From assembly GCA_963776925.1 (NCBI GenBank), contig CAVZON010000006.1:268267-332266 (forward strand): 64,000 nucleotides of DNA, read 5' to 3'. Made by a program: the position numbers and the translations under genes. The notes under the pieces were generated by a model, which did no database searches, was not told where the DNA came from, and worked only from the letters and a program-made list of their open reading frames with translations. Source of the stretch: an uncultured Chloroflexia bacterium. Lineage in GTDB: Bacteria; Chloroflexota; Limnocylindria; Limnocylindrales; CSP1-4. Of the stretch, positions 11,481-22,138 are shown one piece after another; positions within the stretch are counted from its first letter, which is position 1, and every line of letters begins with the position of its first letter.

Positions 11481-12557
11481 GTGACCGACGAAGGATCAGC
11501 CGCCCCCGGCCGACGTCGACGACGTCGCTCGAGCGCCGCGACCCCGCCGGCCCCTGGGGCCGATCCCGCCACTCCCGTCGCCTCCGGATCCGCCGCGACG
11601 GACGACCCGTCCGCGATCTCCCCCGAGGAGGCCGCCGCCGCAGCGACGGAGGCTGCCACGGCCGCTGCGGCCGACGTCGTCGCACCCCGATCCGAGCCCT
11701 GGCTGCCGGTCATCGAGGACAGCTCCCCGAACGCCTGGATCTGCCCGTTCCTGCGCGCCGTCGATGCCGATGAGCGGGTCGGTGCGCCGGTCGAGGCACC
11801 CGATGTCGCCAATCGCTGCGCCGCGCTGCGCGAACCGGTGCCCCAATCCCTCCGCCAGCAGGAGCTGGTCTGCCTGACCAGCGGGCACGTCAACTGCCCG
11901 CGCTACCTCCGCGGTGCGGTGAGCGTGACCGACGCGGCGGAGGCGGCGGTCGTCGCCGGCCGGTCGTTCCGGCCCCCCAGCCTGCCGGTCGGCCGTCCGT
12001 CGGTCAGCCCGGCGATCCTCGCGTCGCTCGTGATGGTCGTCGTCGCCTTCGCGGCATCGGTCTCGTTCGTGGTCGCCCGTGGCGGCCTCGAGCTGACACC
12101 GACGGTCGGCGAGGGTCCTTCTGCGTCGGTGGTCGCGGGGATCGCCAGTCCATCGCCGGCCGCGACCGAGGCACCGAGCGCCGCCCCCGCGAGTGCGACG
12201 GTCGAGCCGGCGGCGACACCCGCCGCGACACCGACCCCGAGTCCAGCCCCGACCGCGACGCCTGCGCCGACGCCGAGTCCCACGCCGGCGCCCACACCGA
12301 CGCCGGAGCCCACCCCCGAGCCGACGCCCGAGCCGACCGCCACGGCAGAGCCGACGTCCGATCGCTACGCGCTGCTGACCCCGTGCGACGACGAACCGAA
12401 GTGCTGGATCTACGTCGTCCGCCGGGGTGACAACCTGTTCAGCATCGCCAACTACTTCGGCGTGTCGATGGAGGCGGTCTACGCCCGGAACCCGTGGACC
12501 CGCACCTCGAGCCTTCGGGCCGGCCTGGAGCTGCGACTCCCGCCACCGACGCGCTGA
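11481..12557 (+). CDS. Membrane-anchored LysM protein with an N-terminal Cys-rich domain
   Basis: CPFL..NRC..VC..HVNCPRY, TM helix, Pro/Thr linker, C-terminal YVVRRGDNLFSIANYFGVS. Confidence 0.85.
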   Translation: MTDEGSAAPGRRRRRRSSAATPPAPGADPATPVASGSAATDDPSAISPEEAAAAATEAATAAAADVVAPRSEPWLPVIEDSSPNAWICPFLRAVDADERVGAPVEAPDVANRCAALREPVPQSLRQQELVCLTSGHVNCPRYLRGAVSVTDAAEAAVVAGRSFRPPSLPVGRPSVSPAILASLVMVVVAFAASVSFVVARGGLELTPTVGEGPSASVVAGIASPSPAATEAPSAAPASATVEPAATPAATPTPSPAPTATPAPTPSPTPAPTPTPEPTPEPTPEPTATAEPTSDRYALLTPCDDEPKCWIYVVRRGDNLFSIANYFGVSMEAVYARNPWTRTSSLRAGLELRLPPPTR

Positions 12558-12677
12558 GGTCCTGACCGGCTGACGGTCGCCCTGGACGGCTGACCCCGGA
12601 CCGCCTCACGCCCGCCGACCCGCGACGACCGCGCGAGTCCACGCCCCGACCTCCCTGCACCGATGCGCGTTTCGGCA

Positions 12678-12706
12678 TTGACGCGCCCCGGATCGCAGGG
12701 CAGAAT
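12678..12706 (+). promoter_or_regulatory. Sigma-70/SigA promoter of the dcw operon
   Basis: TTGACG-17 bp-CAGAAT upstream of mraZ. Confidence 0.8.
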
Positions 12707-12711
12707 GCATC

Positions 12712-12742
12712 GAAGTGGCCCAAAGTGGTGGAAAGTGGGGAA
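12712..12742 (+). promoter_or_regulatory. MraZ binding repeats
   Basis: Three AAGTGG units with a 10-bp period (gaagtggccc/aaagtggtgg/aaagtgggga), matching known MraZ GTGG(G) boxes. Confidence 0.85.
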
Positions 12743-12794
12743 GTTGACGCCCCGCCACGACGAGGGAGCCAGAACGACCAGGGGAAACCGACGG

Positions 12795-13223
12795 GTGTTC
12801 ACCGGCGAGTACCGGCACACGGTGGACGACAAGGGACGCATCGCCGTCCCTGCGAAGTTCCGCGTCCAGCTGGGCGCCGGGGCTGTCGTCTCGCGCTGGC
12901 TGGATGCCTGCCTGGCGATCCACACGCAACAGGGCTGGGACGAGCTCGCGGCGAAGGTCGCGGCGCTCCCGGTCACCAACGAGGCCTCGCGCCGGTTCCA
13001 GCGATTCGTGTTCGCCGGAGCCGCCGAGGTCGAGCTCGACCGGCAGGGACGGATCCTCGTCCCGGCCTTCCTGCGGGCTGAGATCGGCCTCGGCACGGAT
13101 GCCGTCGTCGTCGGCTCGCGCGATCACGCCGAGATCTGGGCGCCGGCGACCTGGGCGACGTATGGCCAGGCACTCGACGACCCACAGGAGCTGGCCCAGG
13201 CCTTCGAAGGGCTCGGGATCTAG
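12795..13223 (+). CDS. mraZ: Division/cell wall cluster transcriptional repressor MraZ
   Basis: VFTGEYRHTVDDKGRIAVP, ELDRQGRILVP, EIW. Confidence 0.96.
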   Translation: MFTGEYRHTVDDKGRIAVPAKFRVQLGAGAVVSRWLDACLAIHTQQGWDELAAKVAALPVTNEASRRFQRFVFAGAAEVELDRQGRILVPAFLRAEIGLGTDAVVVGSRDHAEIWAPATWATYGQALDDPQELAQAFEGLGI

Positions 13224-13283
13224 CTCGCACCACATGCGCTTCCAGGGTCCGCTCGGGATCCGATCGACGAGGGTGGAGGAGAG

Positions 13284-14231
13284 ATGGAGGTTGGGCACAT
13301 CCCGGTGCTCGCTGACGAGGTCATGTCGATGCTCGCGCCTGCCCCGGGAAGCCTCCACATCGACGCCACCCTCGGCGGCGGTGGGCACACCGAGCGGATC
13401 CTGGAGGCGACCGACCCTGATGGCCGCCTCCTCGGTCTTGATGCCGATGGGGCGGCCATCGCCAGAGTGGTCGATCGCCTCCGCCCCCGCTTCGGGGACC
13501 GCCTGGTGACTCGCCAGGCCAACTTCCGCGAACTCGCGTCGGTCGCCCCGGCGGCCGGCTTCGGCCAGGTCGACGGCGCGCTGTTCGACCTCGGCCTGTC
13601 GAGCTATCAGCTGGCCGACGCCGAGCGTGGCTTCGGCTTCCGGACCGGCGGACCCCTCGACATGCGCTTCGACACGAGCCGTGGCGTCCCCGCTTCCCAG
13701 CTGCTCGCGACGCTCGACGCGAAGGAGCTGGCCGCCCTGTTCGGGCGCTACGGCGAGGAGCCCCGAGCCGGTCGGATCGCCCGGGCCATCGTCGCCGAAC
13801 GGGCGACCACCCCGGTCACCACGGCCGAAGGCCTGGCCGCGCTCGTGGAGCGGGTCGCCCCGCCGAACCCGCGCCAGCCACGTCGCACCCATCCGGCCAC
13901 GCGCGTGTTCCAGGCCCTCCGCATCGCGGTCAACGAGGAGCTCGATGCCCTGCAGGAAGGCCTGACCGCGGCCCTCGACCTGCTCCGCCCCGGCGGTCGT
14001 CTCGTCGTCCTCAGCTACCACTCCCTGGAGGACCGCATCGTCAAGCGCTTCTTCGCCGCCGAGCGGCGGGGCTGCGTCTGTCCACCCGAGCTGCCCGTCT
14101 GCGTCTGCGGCCGGGATCCCCGTCTTCGCCTCGTCACCCGTCGCTCGCTGACCCCGTCAGCGGCCGAGGTCGAGGCCAATCCCCGGGCGCGCAGCGCCCG
14201 ATTGCGTGCCGCCGAGCGGCTCGCCGCGTAG
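13284..14231 (+). CDS. rsmH: 16S rRNA m4C1402 methyltransferase
   Basis: HIPVL, DATLGGGGH, DLGLSSYQL, PLDMR, FQALRIAVN, YHSLEDRIVK, NPRARSARLR. Confidence 0.97.
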   Translation: MEVGHIPVLADEVMSMLAPAPGSLHIDATLGGGGHTERILEATDPDGRLLGLDADGAAIARVVDRLRPRFGDRLVTRQANFRELASVAPAAGFGQVDGALFDLGLSSYQLADAERGFGFRTGGPLDMRFDTSRGVPASQLLATLDAKELAALFGRYGEEPRAGRIARAIVAERATTPVTTAEGLAALVERVAPPNPRQPRRTHPATRVFQALRIAVNEELDALQEGLTAALDLLRPGGRLVVLSYHSLEDRIVKRFFAAERRGCVCPPELPVCVCGRDPRLRLVTRRSLTPSAAEVEANPRARSARLRAAERLAA

Positions 14232-14278
14232 CCCTGTCCATGACGACCACCACCGGATCCGGCAAGGAGGAGCCCCCG

Positions 14279-14476
14279 ATGAGCAAGCGTCACCAGACGA
14301 GCCGTCGCAAGTCGTACGGACGCCGCCAGCACGAGGTGCGCGAGCGGAACGAGCGCGGCGTCCATCACGAGGGCGGCGAGTTCGAGCTCGACGACTGGGG
14401 CTCGGCCACGTCGGCGGATCCGTTCGCCTTCCTCGACCCGCGCGCGCCGCGCTTCCGCTTCGTGACGGGCGACTGA
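14279..14476 (+). CDS. Small hypothetical protein (65 aa) inside the dcw cluster
   Basis: Strong SD aaggagg; high GC3; fills the rsmH-ftsL gap and stops 3 nt before the next ATG. Confidence 0.75.
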   Translation: MSKRHQTSRRKSYGRRQHEVRERNERGVHHEGGEFELDDWGSATSADPFAFLDPRAPRFRFVTGD

Positions 14477-14479
14477 TCG

Positions 14480-14870
14480 ATGGCGGTCTACCAGGGCGCC
14501 CGACCACGCACCGTCGCGCTGCCGCGCAGCCCCCTCGGGCAGCGGACGCTGGACGCCCCGGTCCTGCCGCGTCGTCGGACGCGCACTGCCGTCCGTGCTC
14601 GTCGCCGGCCGAACCGCCTGGGCATCGTCCTCGGCGCGATCGTCGTGGCCTTCAGCCTGGGCTTCTTCTCGCTCGCCCAGGAGGTTCGCGTGGCGGCCAC
14701 GAGCTATGACATCGGCCGGCTCCAGCAGGAGCGTGACCGGCTCGACGGACGGCTCCAGGAGATCGCTTCCGACCTCAGCCGGCTCGGTCGCGAGCCAGCC
14801 GTCCGGAAGCTGGCGCTCGATGGCGGGCTGACGCAGCTCGGCGAGCCGCTGATCCTCCCCGGCACGCTGA
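14480..14870 (+). CDS. ftsL: FtsL-like cell division protein (extra base near the C-terminus)
   Basis: Basic N-terminus, single TM, coiled coil; position just before ftsI. Confidence 0.7.
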
Positions 14871-14888
14871 TCGACGGAGGGACGTCCC

Positions 14889-16749
14889 ATGCTCGGTCGG
14901 ACCGATTCCCGTCGCCGCCTCCTGTTCCTGTTGGGGCTGTTCCTCATCGGGGTCGTCGCGCTCGTCGCGCGCACGGCGTACTGGCAGGTCGTGCGTGCCG
15001 ACTGGCTGATGGTCCGCGCGGTCGCCCAGACGACCGTCACGACCGAGACACCCGGTCGGCGCGGCGAGATCTACGACCGGACGGGCGTCGTCCTCCTGGC
15101 CACGACCGTCGACCGCGAGCGGCTCGTCGCGTCAGCCAACCTCATCCCGCCCGAGGAGCTCGACCCGACGGCCCGGACGCTCGTGCGCCTGCTGGACCTC
15201 GACGCGGCAGCCGAGGCGACCCTCCGCGAGCGCCTCGCGAGCGGGAAGCAGTACGTCATCCTCGCCCGCGGCATCGAGCCCAAGCTGGCCGACCGGATCC
15301 GCCAGGCGGCACGCGACGGCCGGATCACCGGCATCAGCCTCGAGTCGGAGCCGGAGCGGGTGTACCCGCAGGTCGGCGGGGGTCCGGAATCGAGCCTGGC
15401 CGCCCACCTCCTCGGCTTCGTCAATCGCGAGAGCAGCGGGCAGTACGGCGTCGAGCAGTTCTACCAGGACGAGCTCGCCGGCCAGCCCCGGGTGACCGTC
15501 TCCCAGCGCGATGTCGACGGTCGCGATCCGGCCGGAGACCACCGTCACGACCCAGCCGGGCGTGGCCGGCGAGGACCTGCGCCTGACCATCGACGCGAGC
15601 CTCCAGCTCGCCGTCGAGCAGGAGCTGCTGGCGGCCTGGATCGCCGACAAGGCGAAGAGCGTCTCCGCCGTCGTGATGGACCCGTACACCGGCGAGATCT
15701 ACGCCCAGGCGACGTACCCCTCGTACGACGCGAACGACTACCGCGCCGTGGCCGCCGCCGATCCGTCGCGGTTCATCGACCCGATCGTGTCCCACGTCTA
15801 CGAGCCGGGGTCGGTGTTCAAGATGATGACCGCGGCCGTCGCGCTCGAGAGCGGGACGGTGACGCCGAAGACGAAGATCAAGGACGTCGGCACGCTCAAG
15901 CTCGACAAGGGCAAGAGCCAAGATCGACAACGCCGACCGCAAGGGCATGGGCTGGATCACGTTCGAGGACGGCATCGCCTACTCCCGCAACGTCGTCGCG
16001 GCCAAGGTCGCGCTGCGGCTCGGCGACACGACCCGCGATGCCTCGGCGGCGCTCTACGACGAGTGGCGCCGGCTGGGCTTCGGCGAGCCGACGGGCATGG
16101 ACCTGGCGGGCGAGGTCAGCGGCCTCGTCCGCGATCCGGGCCTCCAGCCGTGGAGCCAGATCGACCTGGCCAACGGCGCGTTCGGCCAGGGCGTCGCGGT
16201 CACGCCGATCCAGCTCGCGACCGCGTACGCCGCCCTGCTCAACGGCGGGCGGCTGGTCCAGCCCCACGTCGTCCAGTCGGTCGGCGACATCGAGCGGCTG
16301 ATCGACCCGGGCGCTCGCGTCGTCGAGCCGGCGGTCAGCGACCAGCTGCGCGCACTGGCCGACCACGTCATCGACGAGGTCCCGTTCTACCGCGATCGGA
16401 CCCTGCGTCCCCGGCTATCACGTCGGCGGCAAGACCGGGACCGCCCAGATCTGGGATGCCGAGAAGGGCCGCTGGAAGCACAACCTCTTCAACTACTCGT
16501 TCGTCGGATACATCGGCCAGGGAAGCGGACATGCCCGACCTCGTCGTCGCGGTCCGCATCGAGGAGGGCACGCCGACCGATCGCCCGTGTCGGCCAGCTG
16601 GAGATGCCGGTCATGTCGTTCGAGCTGTTCCGCCGGATCGCCACCAACGCGATCACCACGCCCGACCTGCTCAAGGACCGCCGCATCCCGGCGCTCGACC
16701 GCCGAGAGCGACCGGTGACGCGGTGGCCGTGCCACACTGGCCGGCGTGA
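14889..16749 (+). CDS. ftsI: Class B penicillin-binding protein (several frameshifts; 3' end approximate)
   Basis: RGEIYDR, LAAHLLGFVN, GQYGVE, LTID, YEPGSVFK (SxxK), YSRN (SxN), GKTG. Confidence 0.9.
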
Positions 16750-18221
16750 CCGACGCCGGGATGCCGACCGCGGGACCGGACGACGGATCGAGCGAGGAGG
16801 CGGCCCCGTCCTGCGTGCCGACGACCTCGTCCGCTGACCGGTGGCCGGCTCCTCGCCCGCTCGGAGCGACCGATCCGCGGGGCGGCGGTCGACTCGCGGC
16901 TGGTCACGCCCGGGCTCGCTGTTCGTCGCCCTGCCCGGCGCGCGGACCGACGGCCACGCCCACCTCGACGACGCCGTCCGCGGGGCGCATCGGCCGTGCT
17001 CGTGACCCGCCCGCCGGCCGAGCCGGAGGCGCTCGGCGACGTGACGGTCATCCGTGTCGCCGACGGCATCGCGGCCCTCGGCGGCGGTCGCCGCCGGCTG
17101 GCGTGCCGGTTCGACCCGCTCGTCGTCGGCGATGACCGGGAGCATCGCCAAGACCTCCACCAAGGAGGCCGTCGCGGCGGTCCTGGCGACGAGCGGCCGG
17201 ACGCTCAAGAGCGAGGGCAACCAGAACAACGAGATCGGCCTCCCGCTGACCGTCCTGCGGCTCGCGTCCGGAGCACGACGCGGCGGTCCTCGAGATGGGC
17301 ATGTACGTCGGCGGCGAGATCGCCGACCTGGCGGCCATCGGCCGGCCCGCCGATCGGGGTCGTCACCGCCGTCCAGCCCGTCCACCTGTCGCGCATCGGC
17401 AGTCGCTCGCGGCGGTGGAGCGGGCCAAGGGCGAGCTCGTCGAGGCCCTGCCGGCCGGAGGGACGGCCGATCCTCAACGCCGACGATCCGATCGTCACCC
17501 GGATGGACCAGCGGACGGTCGGCGCGGACGATGCGCTACGGGTTCGACGAGACGGCCGACGTCCGCGCCGCGGCGGTCGAGACTCGCTGGGCTGCGACGG
17601 GATGCGCTTCCGCCTCGATCACGCCGGCCGGCGATCCGCGACGTCAGCATCCCGATCCCTCGGCCGGCTGTCCGTCCACAACGCGCTGGCTGCCGCGGCG
17701 GTCGGCATCGCCGGCGACGGCCCGCTGGACTCGATGCCATCGCCGATGGGCCTGGCCGGCGGCTGGGCGCGCGCCCCACCGGACCGAGGTCGTGCGGCTG
17801 CGTGGCGCGACGGTCATCGACGACTAGCTACAACGCCTCGCCGGGGTCGGTCGTCGCCGCCCTGGACCTGCTGGCCGGGCTGCCCGGTCGGCGGGTCGCG
17901 GTGCTCGGCGAGATGCTCGAGCTCGGGCGAGGGCCACGAGGCGGGCCACCGGGCCGTCGGGGAGGCGGCCGCGAGCCGTGGTCGACCTGCTCATCGTCGT
18001 CGGCGCCGACGCGCGGCGGCATCGCCGAGGGCGCCGTGGCCGCCGGCCTGGATCCGAGGCCCGCATCCATGCACGTCGCCGACGCCGAGGCGGCCCTCGA
18101 TGCGCTCCGCCCCCGACTCCGCGACGGCGACACCGTCCTGGTCAAGGCGTCGCGCGGCATCGAGCCTCGACCACGGTCGTGGACGCGCTCCGCGCTCGAG
18201 CTCGGCGAGGCCGCCCGATGA
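16746..18221 (+). CDS. murF: UDP-MurNAc-tripeptide--D-Ala-D-Ala ligase (many frameshifts)
   Basis: [56 protein letters not shown] across frames. Confidence 0.88.
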
Positions 18222-19203
18222 TCCGACGGTCGAGCTCATCCAGGGCCTGCTCCTGACCTTCGCGCTCGTCGTCATCCTCATGCCGCTCGTACATCCGGCT
18301 GCTGCAAGCCATCGGCTTCGGCAAGCGGATCCGCGAGGAAGGACCCGAGTCCCACTACGTCAAGGAAGGCACGCCGACGATGGGCGGGCTGCTCATCGTC
18401 CTCGTCGTCATCGGCGTGTACTTCTTCCTGCGCGCGCCCGACGCCGCCACGTTCGCGCCGCTGGCGGCGCTGGCCGGGGTCGGCTTGCTGGGCGCCTTCG
18501 ACGACTACCTCAACGCCCGGACGGGGGAGGGGATCCGCGCCCGCCAGAAGCTCATCTGGCTGACCGTCGTCGCGTTCGTCGCGGCCTGGCAGATCCAGCA
18601 GACCTACGACATCACGGCCATCGCCGTCCCGTTCGTCGGCGCGGTCGCCATCGATCCGTGGCTGTACGTGCTGTTCGGGGCGTTCGCGATCGTCGCCGCG
18701 TCGAACGGCGTGAACCTGACCGACGGGCTCGACGGGTTGTCCGGCGGGACCGTCGCCATCGCGTTCGTGGCGTACATGCTCATCGCCCTGCTCAACGTGC
18801 CCGAACCAGGCCAACCTGGCGCCTGCTCTGCGCGCTGATCATCGGCGCCCTGCTCGGCTTCCTGTGGTTCAACGTCCATCCAGCGCAGATCTTCATCGGC
18901 GACTCGGGGGCGCTGTCGCTGGGGGCGACGCTGGCGGTCACGGCCCTCATCACCGGCCAGATCCTCGTCCTGCCCCTCATCGGCATCATCTTCGTCGTCG
19001 AGACGATGTCGGTGATCATCCAGGTCGTCTACTTCAAGCTCACCGGCGGCAAGCGCCTGTTCCGGTTCACCCCGCTCCACCACCACTTCGAGCTGGGCGG
19101 CTGGGACGAGGAGAAGATCACGGTCCGCTTCTGGATCGTCGGCATCCTCGCCGCGCTGCTCGGCGTGACCCTGTTCCTGGCCTCGCTGGATCGGCTGCAG
19201 TGA
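18218..19203 (+). CDS. mraY: Phospho-N-acetylmuramoyl-pentapeptide transferase (frameshifted)
   Basis: [46 protein letters not shown]. Confidence 0.93.
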
Positions 19204-19205
19204 CG

Positions 19206-20801
19206 ATGGCGATCGAGCCGGCCACGACGCCGATCGACCCGGACGCCCTGACGATGAGCGGCCGTGCGCGACGGGCTGCTGCGCGACCGCGAGGTGGCGG
19301 TCCTCGGGTTCGCCCGGAGCGGGATCGCCCTGGCCCGCTTCCTGGTCGATGCCGGCGCGCGGGTGACGATCTACGACGGCCGACCGGCGGAGCGCGCTCG
19401 GCGACGCCATCGACGCCCTCGAGGGTCGCTCCGTGACGGCTCGTCCTGGGCCCGGACGTGGACCCGGCCACGGCCTGGGCCGACGCCGCCCTGGTGACGA
19501 CGTCGCCGGCCATCAACCCGGACTACCCGACGACCGAGCCGCGGCTGCGCGCGGCCCTCGAGGCGCTCGTCGCCGCGCGAGCCGCCGGCGATCCGACCGC
19601 CCCGGCCCTCGTCAGTCCGAGCCCGACCTGTTCCTGCGCCTGTGCGTCGCCCCGACGATCGGGGTGACCGGGACCAAGGGCAAGACGACGACGGCCTCGC
19701 TGACCGCGGCCATCCTCGCCGCCGATCCCGGCCACCCGGTCGTGCTCGGCGGCAACATCGGGATCCCGATCGTCGAGCGGCTTGCCGAGCTGACGCCGGA
19801 CCACCGGGTCGTCTACGAGCTGTCGGAGCTCCAACTGCCGACGCTGTCGCGTGGGACGACCGTGGCGGTCTACACGAACGTGACGTCGGACCACCTCGAT
19901 CGGCACGGCTCGATCGAGGCGTACCGCCGGGTCAAGCGGCGCCTGAGCCGAGCTGGTCGACCCCGATGGCGCGCTCGTGCTCAACGCCGAGGACCCGGTC
20001 GTCGCCGCCTACGCCGGCCTGGGCAGCGCCCCGTCCGTGCTCGTCCGCCGCGACCGACCGATGCCGGGCGGGCTCGGCGTCGTCGACGGCTGGATCGTCG
20101 CGGCCGGCGTGGAGCGACTGCCGCTGGCCGGCGGGGGCACCGCGGCCACGGGACCGGGTGGCCGGATCATGCCGACCGGCGAGCTGGCCATCCCCGGTGC
20201 CCACAACGTCGGCAACGCGCTGGCCGCGGTCGCCGTGGCGGCCCTCCTGTTCGGCATCGCCCCGGACGCGATCCGGGCCGCGGCCGCGGCGTTCACCGGG
20301 GTCGAGCACCGCCTCGAGACCGTCGCGCTCATCGACGGCGTGCGCTTCGTCAACGACTCGCAGGGGACGCAGCCCGACGCGGTCATCGCCGCGCTCCGCG
20401 CGTTCGACGCGCCCGATCGTCCTCATCGCCGGCGGCCGCGACAAGGACGTCGACCTGTCGGCCCTGCCGCCGGTCGTCGCCGAACGGGCCGTCGCCGCGG
20501 TCGTCATCGGCGAGAGCGGCCCGGACCTCGGCCGCCGCTTCGCGCGCGGCGGGCCTGCCGATCGTCGAGGAGGCCGGCGACCTGGATGCCGCGGTCCGCC
20601 GTCGCCGACGAGCTGGCCCGCGCCGCGCTGGCCGCATGCCGGTCCAGGCGCCGGGCCGGCGACCGTGCTGCTCAGCCCGGCGGCCGCCAGCTTCGACATG
20701 TTCGTGGACTACGCCGCCCGCGGACGGGCGTTCAAGGCCGCCGTGGCGGCACTCGCCGCCGAGCGACGGCCGAGCGCTCGACCCAGGGGAGGGCCCGATG
20801 A
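19206..20801 (+). CDS. murD: UDP-MurNAc-L-Ala--D-Glu ligase (frameshifted)
   Basis: [55 protein letters not shown]. Confidence 0.92.
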
Positions 20802-22138
20802 ACCTCGCGCCGCCGATCCCGCGTTTCGGTCGGCCCGGCACCGGGCGATCCGGAGGAGATCGCGCGCGAGCAGGCCGATCGACCCGGCGCAGCGCCAACC
20901 GGACGCCGGCCAAGTCGCCGACCCAGGTCCTCCAGCGCGAGCGCCACCAGCCCGACTACCTCATCGTCGTGGTGGTCGTGGCCCTCGCCGCCATCGGCAT
21001 CCTGATGGTCTTCTCGTCGTCGGCGATGCGTGGCTACATCGTCCGAGGAGGATCCGTTCGCCATCGTCGGCCCGCAGATCCAGTGGGCGCGTCCTCGGCA
21101 TCGTCGCGCTGCTGGCGATGATGCGGGTCGACTACCGCTACCTGCGCCTCGTGTCGGTGCCGTTCCTGATCGTCTCGGTCCTGCTCCTCGTGCTCGTCTT
21201 CGTGCCCGAGTTCAACATCGTCGTCGGCGGCTCGGCGCGCTGGCTGCAAGCTCGGGCCGCTGCCGGCCATCCACCCGGCCGAGATCGCCAAGCTCGCCCT
21301 CGTCATCTACCTCGCCCACTGGTTCGCCGGGCGCGGCCTCAAGGTGCGCGGCTTCTGGGGCGGGACCCTCCCGTTCCTCATCATCCTCGCCCCGATCGCC
21401 GCCCTCGTGTTCAAGGAGCCGGACCTGGGCACGACCACGGTCATCACCCTGACCGCGTTCACGATGTGGTTCCTGGCCGGGGCCAACCTGTTCCACTTCG
21501 GGGCGCTCCTCGGCGGGGCCGCCCTCGCGGCCGTCACCGTCGGCCTCAAGCGGCTACCAGATGGAGCGCATCCGGACCTGGCTCGATCCGTGGTCGGATG
21601 CAGCTGGGCACGGGCTTCCACACGGTCCAGGGGCTGCTCGCCCTGGGCGCCGGCGGGCTCGCCGGGCGGGGCCTCGGGCAGAGCCTGGTGTCGGTGCCCG
21701 AACGCCTTCAACGACTTCATCTTCGCCGAGATCGGCCAGGAGTTCGGGCTGATCGGGGCGGTCGTCGTCATCGCGCTGTTCGCCCTCCTCGCGTACTCTG
21801 GGGCGCGCGTCGCGCTGGCTGCCCCCGACACCTTCGGCGCCCTCCTCGCGGCCGGGATCACCGGCTGGCTGTGCATCCAGGCGTTCATCAACATCGCGGT
21901 CGTCGTGACGCTCGTGCCGATCACCGGCATCACGCTGCCCTTCCTGAGCGCCGGCGGGTCGTCGCTGATCGTCAGCTTCGCCGCGGTCGGCATCCTCCTG
22001 TCCATCTCGCGCGAGACGATCGAAAAGGGGACGTGGAACGACGATGCGAGTGCTGATCGCGGGCGGCGGGACGGGCGGGCACATCTACCCGGCGCTGGCC
22101 GTCGCCCGGTCGCTGCGCGCGCGTCCGGACGGCGCTGA
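20798..22138 (+). CDS. ftsW: SEDS family peptidoglycan polymerase (frameshifted)
   Basis: GILMVFSSS, GGSARW, EPDLGT, NDFIFAEIGQEFG, PITGITLPFLSAGGSS. Confidence 0.92.

Noticed and set aside
12220-12350. Short tandem ccgacgcc-type repeats
   Set aside because: They encode the Pro/Thr/Glu linker of the LysM protein.
13221-13286. mraZ TAG in frame with rsmH, suggesting amber recoding
   Set aside because: rsmH has its own SD and ATG; mraZ, rsmH, ftsA, ftsZ and acnA all end at TAG at their expected C-termini, so TAG is a normal stop.
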